In this document: positions 1 through 6,994 of the stretch, piece by piece
How the letters are laid out: each line of letters starts with the position of its first letter
Position numbering within the stretch: position 1 is the first letter of the stretch
Virus genome (UHGV): UHGV-0122704
Source: a virus
Strand: one strand, 5' to 3'
DNA: 43,652 nt
Notes under the pieces: generated by a model
What the model saw: the letters and a program-made list of their open reading frames with translations, nothing else
Databases searched by the model: none
Told to the model about the DNA's origin: nothing
Made by a program: the position numbers and the translations under genes

Positions 1-686
1 TCCCTATCTATAGGGAGTGCCTAGCTTATGACAACGTACGCTCTGGCTTTAACTGTTCGTACGGTGGTGGCTACGTTTATGACTGCGAGGCTCACGGTAG
101 CCAGAATGGTGTGCGAATCAACGGGGGCCGTGTTAAAGGCGGTCGGTACACGCGCAACTCCAGCTCTCACATCTTCGTCACTAAGGATGTGGCTGAGACA
201 GCGCAGACATCCCTGGAGATTGATGACGTGAGCATGCGCTACGACGGTACCGGAAGAGCTGTGTACTTCCACGGGACTATGGGCATTAACCCTACCATGG
301 TATCTATGTCCAATAATGACATGACCGGTCACGGTGTGTCTTGGGCATTACTGAGTGGTTATACTGTGCAGCCTACGCCTCCGCGCATGTCCAGGAACTT
401 ACTGGACGACACAAGCATTCGCGGAGTGGCAACACTGGTTGCGGGTGAGGCTACGGTCAACGCTCGTGTACGCGGAAACTTTGGCAGCGTAGCTAACTCC
501 TTCAAGTGGGTGTCTGAGGTCAAGTTGACGCGGTTAACCTTTCCTTCTAGTGCTGGGGCCTTGACGGTTACTGGCGTAGCACAGAACCAGGATGTACCTA
601 CACCTAATCCGGACCTAAACAGCTTCGTGATTAGGAGTAGTAACGCAGCGGATGTATCCCAGGTAGCCTGGGAGGTGTATCTCTAA
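1..686 (+). CDS. Tailspike / putative capsule depolymerase, C-terminal part (5'-truncated by window start; probable continuation of 42383..43652)
   Basis: Frame with codons at 3,6,9... is open from base 3 to the TAA at 684..686. It is in phase with the ORF truncated at 43652 if the window ends are joined. Gly/Ser/Thr/Asn/Val-rich sequence typical of beta-helix tailspikes. Confidence 0.6.
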   Translation, partial: PIYRECLAYDNVRSGFNCSYGGGYVYDCEAHGSQNGVRINGGRVKGGRYTRNSSSHIFVTKDVAETAQTSLEIDDVSMRYDGTGRAVYFHGTMGINPTMVSMSNNDMTGHGVSWALLSGYTVQPTPPRMSRNLLDDTSIRGVATLVAGEATVNARVRGNFGSVANSFKWVSEVKLTRLTFPSSAGALTVTGVAQNQDVPTPNPDLNSFVIRSSNAADVSQVAWEVYL

Positions 687-782
687 GTAGCTCCCTGGGG
701 TATCTCTATGGTATCCCGGGGCACTACTTGGGGTGCACGTCTATACCTGGACCTGAAATTTATTAGACTTTAAAATGAGGAT

Positions 783-1244
783 ATGTCTATGAACATCAAA
801 TATGACACAACATCCCCTAGCTGCTTGGTGTGGCTCAAGGGTAGGCGCGCCGGTGCTCCAGCGGGTACCCGCAACACTCGTGGCTACTGGGTGGTACAGG
901 TATCTGGTAGAAAGATACAGGCACACCGCCTCATCTGGGAACTACACAACGGGCCTATTCCAGACGGATATGTGGTGGACCACATCAACCAAAACCCCGG
1001 TGACAACAGATTAGAGAACCTGCGCTTAGCTACGGTTAGCGAAAACAACTGTAACGCACGCAGGTCTAAGCGGGAACATCCTAGGGGTGTATACTACACT
1101 GGCACCTGCTGGCGCGGGGAGTTCTGGAAGGACGGTAAGCGTTACATGAAGAAGCACAGCTCCTACGAAGTTATCTGCAAGTGGGTACTAGAGAAACGTC
1201 AAGAGCAACACAAGGCCTTCACCCCGGGGCAGGTGTATATCTGA
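783..1244 (+). CDS. HNH homing endonuclease (HNH_3-type with AP2-like C-terminal domain)
   Basis: ATG 783 preceded by GAGGA. Motif HRLIWELHNGPIPDGYVVDHINQNPGDNRLENLRLATVSENN is a textbook phage HNH_3 signature; C-terminal GVYYTGTCWRGEFWKDGKRY resembles an AP2 DNA-binding domain. Confidence 0.85.
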   Translation: MSMNIKYDTTSPSCLVWLKGRRAGAPAGTRNTRGYWVVQVSGRKIQAHRLIWELHNGPIPDGYVVDHINQNPGDNRLENLRLATVSENNCNARRSKREHPRGVYYTGTCWRGEFWKDGKRYMKKHSSYEVICKWVLEKRQEQHKAFTPGQVYI

Positions 1245-1605
1245 AACCAAAAATTATTATACTCGCCCTTGAGCCTCCCTCACCCTCAACGACGCCAATT
1301 GCCCCCATAGGGGGTGCCTAGCGCATAAAAGGAGGGGTGGGGTGGGTGCCTAGACGTCTAGACGGCCCTAGGGCGCTCTCTGAGGTGTGGAGCGCCACGG
1401 CAGCTAAGACCGTGGCTATAGCGGAAGCCTCAGAGGGCCTCAGTGGCTCCCTGCGCTGCGCTGGGGCTATCGCTAGTGCTGCCCCACGGCTTGGCCTGTG
1501 CGTGGCACTGAGTGGCTCCTGTGCGCTCTACGGGGCACTAGGGGCTATCCCTGTGCGCTCCCTGTGGGCCGTAGGGGTGCGCTCTGCCTTGCTTATTTTG
1601 CGCGT

Positions 1606-1662
1606 CCATAGTGGGCCCGCCTAGTGCCTGCATTGTGGGGCCATAGTGGGCCTGCCTAGTGC
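1606..1662 (+). repeat. 22-bp direct repeat pair CCATAGTGGGCC(C/T)GCCTAGTGC
   Basis: 1606..1627 and 1641..1662 are identical except for one base. Confidence 0.85.
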
Positions 1663-1858
1663 GCTGTAGTGCGTCACGGTGCTATCCCTAGTATGCACTA
1701 GGCTATCCACTGGCTATCCCTAGTGCTTTACATTGTGCCGATTATATGCTACGCTGCGCGCTCCCCACTAGGGCGCACATCCTCACCCAACACTATCCCG
1801 GCGCTATCTCTTTGCTATCCCCTTGCTCTTACTTTCATTCGAAAGCTGTCATGAAATG

Positions 1859-1875
1859 ATGTTACAGGAGTAGGA
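1859..1875 (+). promoter_or_regulatory. Copy A of conserved motif ATGTTACAGGAGTAGGA (17-mer core)
   Basis: Exact 17-mer also present at 22584..22600 and 34492..34508; lies in the non-coding terminal region about 190 bp upstream of HNH gene 2067. Confidence 0.6.
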
Positions 1876-2066
1876 GGGTTTTAGGGCACTATATACACAC
1901 TACTTACTACTACTCACTAGTAGTCACTAGTATCCCCTAGTAATGCCCTGTATGACTGACCGTAGGGAGGGAAGCATTACCTAGAATCTTGTAACCTCCG
2001 CTCCTATCCCTCCGGGATATCGTCGCTATGGTTACGCTACTAATCACTATGTAAGGAGATATTGTT

Positions 2067-2483
2067 GTGGCTAGAACATTTAAGATTGTGGTTGATAAGG
2101 AAGGTTATCCAGTGATTAATGGTGCTGGGCCTGAGTATGTGAATAAGCGAGGTAAGAGAGACTATAAGACTGTGGCGCTGCATAGGGCCGTGGTTATGGA
2201 TGCTCTGGGAATCACTAGCTACGGTTCTGGCTATCACGTACATCACTGTGACAGTAACCGCCTTAACTGTGACTTCAATAACCTGATACTGGTTAGCGCT
2301 GACACTCACCGGGCCATACACTTAGCACAGATTCAGGAAGGGAGATGCTTCACAAAGGATGAGTTATTGGCTAGTCCTGAGTACGATACTAACTGGCGAG
2401 AGTTCGACGTGACTTATGGGGACTACAATAGTTTACTGCACGCAGACCTTTGGGGGTCTGCTTACTCTTTTTGCTCCCAGTGA
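2067..2483 (+). CDS. HNH endonuclease
   Basis: GTG start 8 nt after AAGGAG (2053..2058). Motif YHVHHCDSNRLNCDFNNLILVSADTHRAIH fits an HNH nuclease core. Confidence 0.75.
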   Translation: MARTFKIVVDKEGYPVINGAGPEYVNKRGKRDYKTVALHRAVVMDALGITSYGSGYHVHHCDSNRLNCDFNNLILVSADTHRAIHLAQIQEGRCFTKDELLASPEYDTNWREFDVTYGDYNSLLHADLWGSAYSFCSQ

Positions 2484-2503
2484 TAAAAAGTTTAAAAAAG
2501 TAC

Positions 2504-2533
2504 TTGCTTCTTTTGGTTCAATAGGGCTATAGT
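2504..2533 (+). promoter_or_regulatory. Candidate sigma70 early promoter (-35 TTGCTT, 18-nt spacer, -10 TATAGT) with A-rich upstream tract
   Basis: TTGCTT 2504..2509, TATAGT 2528..2533, preceded by AAAAAGTTTAAAAAAG; sits in the 600-bp non-coding leader ahead of the early genes. Confidence 0.45.
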
Positions 2534-2635
2534 TCAATCACCGGGAGGCACTGAGGCGCTAACCGGGGCAGAGTCGGGAGATTCAGCCGGATTAAAGCTA
2601 GATAGTGTGAAGGGTTAGACACTCAATAAAAAGAG

Positions 2636-2664
2636 TTGACACCGCGAAGAACATAAGCTAGATT
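2636..2664 (+). promoter_or_regulatory. Candidate sigma70 early promoter (-35 TTGACA, 17-nt spacer, -10 TAGATT)
   Basis: Consensus -35 TTGACA 2636..2641; -10-like TAGATT 2659..2664. Confidence 0.5.
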
Positions 2665-2704
2665 GAATCCCGAAGTAAGCAGTAAGGCAGTAAGAAATAA
2701 ACGC

Positions 2705-2733
2705 TTGACAAGTTCTGATTCACTGAGTAACTT
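2705..2733 (+). promoter_or_regulatory. Candidate sigma70 early promoter (-35 TTGACA, weak -10 TAACTT)
   Basis: Consensus -35 TTGACA 2705..2710; the -10 is poor, so this is the weakest of the three tandem candidates. Confidence 0.35.
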
Positions 2734-3083
2734 AGATAGCGAACAAGGCAAGGATAACCACTCTAGGGCGCAAGGATGTGTGTCCCGTCGGATTAGGCTA
2801 GACGTTAAAAATGACCTCTTAAAGGTTTAGTAGTAAGCTGGTTTGCGGGGAGGCCCAGTACCTTGACTGGTACGTTGACGACCCACCCCTAGACAATCAG
2901 TTAAAGAGTAAACGTGCCGGACGTTATCACCGGGGTTCTGAGACAAACCACACTGTCGAGGCGAGAGCAGCTCGCTCCTCTGAATCGAGGGAACAAGGCG
3001 CGGAGTGTATCCCGCAAAGAGCATATAACATAGCGCAGCAGTAACAAGGTTGCGCTAGATTATGTTCTCTGAGAGGTAAGAGT

Positions 3084-3281
3084 ATGCGCAAATCAAAGCG
3101 TTTAGCATTACGGCGGAATATGCAATTATCACTGAATCCCACCGACGACGTGCCGCTTACTGTGAAGCCTAGCAAACAAGGGTTGAGCAGTGAGCACAGG
3201 GTGAGGGGAAAGCAAAAACAAAAGGGCAGTAGCAGGCAGCCATCTGGATGGCCTACTGTTAACTCCCAATTTGGTCGATAA
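3084..3281 (+). CDS. Hypothetical early protein, small and strongly basic (65 aa)
   Basis: ATG 3084 preceded by GAGAGG; first ORF after the early promoter cluster; Lys/Arg-rich. Confidence 0.5.
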   Translation: MRKSKRLALRRNMQLSLNPTDDVPLTVKPSKQGLSSEHRVRGKQKQKGSSRQPSGWPTVNSQFGR

Positions 3282-3287
3282 TTACAG

Positions 3288-3317
3288 CCTATAGCATCCT
3301 ACGGGGTGCTATGTGAA
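3288..3317 (+). promoter_or_regulatory. Conserved intergenic stem-loop motif, copy 1 (CCTATAGCATCCTACGGGGTGCTATGTGAA)
   Basis: 27/30 identical to 4004..4033. Stem ATAGCA/TGCTAT plus CC/GG around a 4-nt loop; no T-run follows. Confidence 0.6.
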
Positions 3318-3352
3318 GTAATTACCTAAACAACCAATCAAAGAGGTGCATT

Positions 3353-3928
3353 ATGACCCATTCAACTGGTAAAGTATTCAAGCTCACCGCTGCGGGCAGC
3401 ATTCGTAAAGCGCTGGGCGACGTAGTGGAAGCAAAGCGCAACATCACTATTAGCGCGCTCTTCCACGGCCTGATTAGCAGCAACGTTTCCTGGGCTATGG
3501 ATATGCAGCGCAGCGATGCCGCGGACTTCGATATGGTGCTGCGTACGCTGCTGCCTATCAAGTTCAACAAGGAGTCCGGCAAATACGAATTCAACGCGAA
3601 GAAGTGCTATGCGTCTGCTGAGAAGCTGGGCATCGAACTGGACACTATGCGTCTGGACTATAAACAAGCTGACAAGCAGGAGCGCGAAGTAATTGTAGCC
3701 AGCTTCTATAGCTCCTGTATGGCCCTGTACGCTGCCGAAGCGGAGCAGGTAAAGAATGACGCGCTGGATGCCGATGCAGTGCGCTTGCAAGCGCTGGGGC
3801 GCGTTAAAAACGCTATCAAGAAGGCAAAAGAGACTGGTGTAAGCGACGCTGACCTCGTGTATATGCTGGTATCGCAGGGCGTGGATGTACGCGCTGTACT
3901 GGACGCAACTTTGAAGGCGGCGGCATGA
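3353..3928 (+). CDS. Hypothetical early protein (191 aa) with host-optimal codon bias, probably abundantly expressed
   Basis: ATG 3353 preceded by AAGAGG. Strong preference for CTG/CGT/AAC/TTC/ATC codons like the capsid gene. No recognisable domain. Confidence 0.7.
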   Translation: MTHSTGKVFKLTAAGSIRKALGDVVEAKRNITISALFHGLISSNVSWAMDMQRSDAADFDMVLRTLLPIKFNKESGKYEFNAKKCYASAEKLGIELDTMRLDYKQADKQEREVIVASFYSSCMALYAAEAEQVKNDALDADAVRLQALGRVKNAIKKAKETGVSDADLVYMLVSQGVDVRAVLDATLKAAA

Positions 3929-3996
3929 GCGTAGAATTCATGGTTATCATAACGGCGGTGGTGCTGTTATTTGTAGTGGCGGGCGAATATCTCTAG
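3925..3996 (+). CDS. Possible small hydrophobic peptide (23 aa, MSVEFMVIITAVVLLFVVAGEYL)
   Basis: ATGA start/stop overlap with the upstream gene; single predicted TM helix. Too short to support strongly. Confidence 0.3.
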   Translation: MSVEFMVIITAVVLLFVVAGEYL

Positions 3997-4003
3997 TAGC
4001 AAG

Positions 4004-4033
4004 CCTATAGCGTCCTGCGGGGCGCTATGTGAA
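4004..4033 (+). promoter_or_regulatory. Conserved intergenic stem-loop motif, copy 2 (CCTATAGCGTCCTGCGGGGCGCTATGTGAA)
   Basis: Stem ATAGCG/CGCTAT carries a compensatory A-T to G-C change relative to copy 1; lies just upstream of gene 4046. Confidence 0.6.
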
Positions 4034-4045
4034 TGCAACTGGCGT

Positions 4046-4279
4046 ATGGGGTTTCATATGAAAGCAATACTGGTCTATCCGGGCCATGAACTCTGGCCCG
4101 TGTGGTGCAATCGGGTATACGCAGAATACAACTACACTGTGGTCATATTCTCTGACAAAGACACTAATCAGGAATCCCCTTTAGAATTTGTGGATACCTA
4201 CACCGAAATGGCTGCCCGCACTGTGCTGGACGCCGTGAATCTTGGCATTATCAACGACTGGAGACAACTTTATGGTTAA
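4046..4279 (+). CDS. Hypothetical early protein (77 aa; alternative start ATG 4058)
   Basis: ORF in the early gene array; weak RBS, start uncertain. Confidence 0.45.
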   Translation: MGFHMKAILVYPGHELWPVWCNRVYAEYNYTVVIFSDKDTNQESPLEFVDTYTEMAARTVLDAVNLGIINDWRQLYG

Positions 4280-4535
4280 TGTATTCAACATCATTGTGAC
4301 CAGCGCTATGCTGGTGCTGGGCAACGACATAAACAACCCAATCCCATACTGCACTGTGCAGTTGCAGCAACCGGCAACGCAGGAGCCGCAGCCGCGCCCT
4401 GAGTACGACCTATTTGAAGACCCCGAGGGTGGTTGCAAAGAGCTGGGCGCACGTATCCTTGCGGCGGTGCAGGAGCAGTACCAGGACGCTGCGGTAACGC
4501 TCACGGTGGATGGTAAGAGCAATAACGAAATTTGA
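4272..4535 (+). CDS. Hypothetical early protein (87 aa) with hydrophobic N-terminus
   Basis: ATG 4272 preceded by GGAGAC and overlapping the upstream stop; N-terminal VFNIIVTSAMLVLG could be a TM helix. Confidence 0.45.
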   Translation: MVNVFNIIVTSAMLVLGNDINNPIPYCTVQLQQPATQEPQPRPEYDLFEDPEGGCKELGARILAAVQEQYQDAAVTLTVDGKSNNEI

Positions 4536-4544
4536 GGTGGGGGC

Positions 4545-4724
4545 ATGCACGGAAAGAATCCTGAAACGCTGCTGATGCGTAAGCAGCAACCAACAATCGA
4601 CGGGCTGGCGCGGGAGTACAACGCGAAGGCAGCGCTGCGCCAGCACTATGAGAAACAAGCAAAGCGCCTGGGTATGACCCTGCGCGGCTACTGCTTCCGG
4701 TTTAATGTGCGGGGTGTAGTATGA
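4545..4724 (+). CDS. Hypothetical early protein (59 aa)
   Basis: ATG 4545 preceded by GAGGTGGGGG; ATGA overlap with the next gene suggests translational coupling. Confidence 0.45.
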   Translation: MHGKNPETLLMRKQQPTIDGLAREYNAKAALRQHYEKQAKRLGMTLRGYCFRFNVRGVV

Positions 4725-4939
4725 GCAAGCAGGACATTTATGACGTATATAAGCGCCCTAATGGGTTTCTTTACCGGGTACCTCTATTTAGTCCACTGCA
4801 CGCCCTCGCAGAATTCTATGCAGAGGAGACTAGACTGTGGTTGCCGTCCAGTCACACAGTTGGCGGGGTGGTAATGCTAAGTTGTAGCACCCTTGTGGCC
4901 CGCAACGTGGTATTCAAGGATAGCGCATGCTCACAGTAG
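4721..4939 (+). CDS. Hypothetical early protein (72 aa)
   Basis: ATG 4721 in an ATGA overlap with the upstream ORF. Confidence 0.45.
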   Translation: MSKQDIYDVYKRPNGFLYRVPLFSPLHALAEFYAEETRLWLPSSHTVGGVVMLSCSTLVARNVVFKDSACSQ

Positions 4940-5271
4940 ACGAAACAGCGCTGCTGTGCTGGCGTCTGCTGGAAACGCAGGGCAAGTGCGGTTGCACTTG
5001 GGAAACATTCAAAGAGGTTCCTAATGAACTCAAGCAAATCGTGCCAGTTGAGCGTCGATTACTCCGAGTTAGAAAAGAGGATATTGGCACTGTTCTCACA
5101 ACCTATCGAGAGTACACTGAGTCTGCCGCGCGGAAGCTGCAAGAGCACATTGCATTCGATGTGGTTGCAGCACTACGGCGGAATGGATACCGCGGAGCTT
5201 TTAAGCAATTTAGAGCCGCAGTCCGCGCCTATTATAAGCAGCAACAACTCTCCGCGTGGTACGCACGCTGA
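4927..5271 (+). CDS. Hypothetical early protein (114 aa)
   Basis: ATG 4927 preceded by AAGGA; basic, helix-rich sequence. Confidence 0.45.
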   Translation: MLTVDETALLCWRLLETQGKCGCTWETFKEVPNELKQIVPVERRLLRVRKEDIGTVLTTYREYTESAARKLQEHIAFDVVAALRRNGYRGAFKQFRAAVRAYYKQQQLSAWYAR

Positions 5272-5311
5272 ACTCTTAGTGCATGACGAAGTTCTATTAA
5301 CTCGGGAGCAA

Positions 5312-6994
5312 ATGAAAATGCAAGAAACTAACACAGCACCTATCGAATGGAAAGTAGTGTTACCGGAAGGTGCAAACGCACTGCCGATTAAAGAATCAAT
5401 GTATTCCAGCGGTGATTACTGGACCCCGTTCCAGGACTTGCAAATGCAAGGGGAGGACCATCCCCACACTGAGGGTCCGCTGCAGGTGCTTATGGGTCTC
5501 CGCACTGTCAGTGCGCACACTCCAGGCTTAGAGGTGACTATAGGCGGGGCACTGCACCCAGAGTATCGCGAATCAACGATGACGCTCGGCCCGTTGCAAA
5601 AGGTGGACCTGTACCGGTCCGGAACTTTCTGCGAACTCTTTGAACCGGTGCGAATCACCATAGACAGCAAGTTCTGGGAACGCCGCCGCGACTTCTATGA
5701 GGGCGAGGATGTAGTGGTTGAGCGCGTAGTTGCTTGCGTCGAAGAATTCACAGGTTACAAGGTGCACAAGCAGGCCGTGCAGTTATTTGAGCGCATCATG
5801 CTTGCACCAGAAGAGCAGCAGCGCCGCTTATACACTGGCTACGATTACGGCCGCCACACCCGCGATGGCAACTTAGCTGCGCTGCTCATGAAGTTGCACG
5901 GCTTCGTAGTGTCTAGATTCGCCGTGCCTTTGGGCTTTGGTTTCCGCAACGGCGAACCTATCGTGATGCTGGGGCAGCCGCGGATGCACAAGGACTTCGC
6001 AGCAGTTACTGAGTACCGCTGCGTAGAGATGCGCGTAGGTAAGTGGCTCGCTAACTACTACGGAAATGGTGTGGACTTCCGCGATGCTATCGAAGACCTC
6101 AAGGCTATGAACGTAGACCCTACAACGTACCTGTGCAAGACCGAGCAGGAATGGTACGACGCCTACGAGAATGGCCCGGGTAGCTGCATGAGCGGGTACT
6201 CATTTGAGCATAGCTCTGTGCGGACGTACGCTACCACCAGCCACGGGTTGCCGGATAATGGGCTGCGCCTGTTCATCCAGTACACCGGGGAGCTGTTCGG
6301 CGACGATTTCGAAGTGCAGGCACGGGCAATCGTTAACACAGAAACTAACGAGTACGTCCGCGCTTACGGCAACGCTGCGGATGCAATCCTGCGGGGGCAT
6401 GGGTACACCAAAAACATTGAATGTCTCGAAGGGGTAATGCTGGCGCGAATACCGCACCCAACATACAACGGCGCAGTGCTGATGCCATACCTAGATAGCA
6501 GCCAGTGCGGCGTAGATGAGTATGGGGATGATGCCTTTGTAATCCGTGATGCTTATGAGTACGAGGCACAAGACTCAGAAGGATACATCTACGTAGGCAC
6601 TGAGTCTGCTCGGTGCTGCTGCTGTGAATGTCGCTACTCTGTAGATGACATGCAGGAGACCGCAGATGGTGATATGGTCTGCGACGGCTGCGTAGAAGAA
6701 GGGGATTTTGTGTACGTAGTTGGGCGTGATGGTCTGCATAATCGCTGGAGCTGCACCTGGTCTGATTACCACGACGCCTATGTATACGACGAGGACATAG
6801 AGCGCTGCGAAGTAGAGGGTGTAGTGCACGACCAAGAGGAACTGGTGTTTGCACAGGACCGGCAAGTGCTTATTGAGCACGCAGAAGAACACCCAGTGCA
6901 CGGGTTAATTCTCACTGAGCATGCAGCTGATTGCTTGGGAGAGAAGTACCTGGGCAACGATGAAGATGAAGAAGAAGCAGAGGAGGCAGCTTAA
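5312..6994 (+). CDS. Large hypothetical early protein (~560 aa) with a Cys cluster and an acidic C-terminal tail
   Basis: Track ORF 5024..6994 trimmed to ATG 5312 (GGGAG RBS), which avoids overlapping 4927..5271. Contains CCCCECRYSVDD...CDGC and ends NDEDEEEAEEAA. No family recognised. Confidence 0.6.
   Translation: MKMQETNTAPIEWKVVLPEGANALPIKESMYSSGDYWTPFQDLQMQGEDHPHTEGPLQVLMGLRTVSAHTPGLEVTIGGALHPEYRESTMTLGPLQKVDLYRSGTFCELFEPVRITIDSKFWERRRDFYEGEDVVVERVVACVEEFTGYKVHKQAVQLFERIMLAPEEQQRRLYTGYDYGRHTRDGNLAALLMKLHGFVVSRFAVPLGFGFRNGEPIVMLGQPRMHKDFAAVTEYRCVEMRVGKWLANYYGNGVDFRDAIEDLKAMNVDPTTYLCKTEQEWYDAYENGPGSCMSGYSFEHSSVRTYATTSHGLPDNGLRLFIQYTGELFGDDFEVQARAIVNTETNEYVRAYGNAADAILRGHGYTKNIECLEGVMLARIPHPTYNGAVLMPYLDSSQCGVDEYGDDAFVIRDAYEYEAQDSEGYIYVGTESARCCCCECRYSVDDMQETADGDMVCDGCVEEGDFVYVVGRDGLHNRWSCTWSDYHDAYVYDEDIERCEVEGVVHDQEELVFAQDRQVLIEHAEEHPVHGLILTEHAADCLGEKYLGNDEDEEEAEEAA

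Larger units (their letters stand above)
1245..2066. repeat. Non-coding, repeat-rich region; putative physical genome terminus / terminal-repeat and packaging region
   Basis: 820 bp with no credible ORF, between the last late gene (HNH after tailspike) and the early region. At least 8 copies of (G)CTATCC(C), many CTAG-containing short repeats, and a 22-bp direct repeat pair. Confidence 0.5.

Noticed and set aside
6-25. T7-promoter-like string CTATAGGGAG and its similarity to 1306..1321
   Set aside because: Lies inside the tailspike coding frame and lacks the rest of a T7-type promoter. A 16-mer pair with one mismatch is expected several times by chance in 43 kb (rough estimate).
1350-1361. 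12-bp perfect palindrome CTAGACGTCTAG
   Set aside because: Several perfect 12-bp palindromes are expected by chance in a genome this size; noted only as part of the CTAG-rich region.
1337-1624. + strand ORF (95 aa) in the repeat-rich region
   Set aside because: Lies in the GC-rich repeat array; no RBS; translation is low-complexity Ala/Gly/Leu. Most likely a non-coding terminal or packaging region.
2521-2590. tRNA-like start GGGCTATAGTTCAAT
   Set aside because: No T-loop consensus (GTTCGAATC-like) and no acceptor-stem complementarity; more likely part of the early promoter leader.
5024-5311. 5' extension of the long ORF as given in the track (start 5024)
   Set aside because: It would overlap gene 4927..5271 by about 250 nt in another frame; an internal ATG at 5312 with a GGGAG RBS gives a non-overlapping arrangement. 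The longer form is not excluded.
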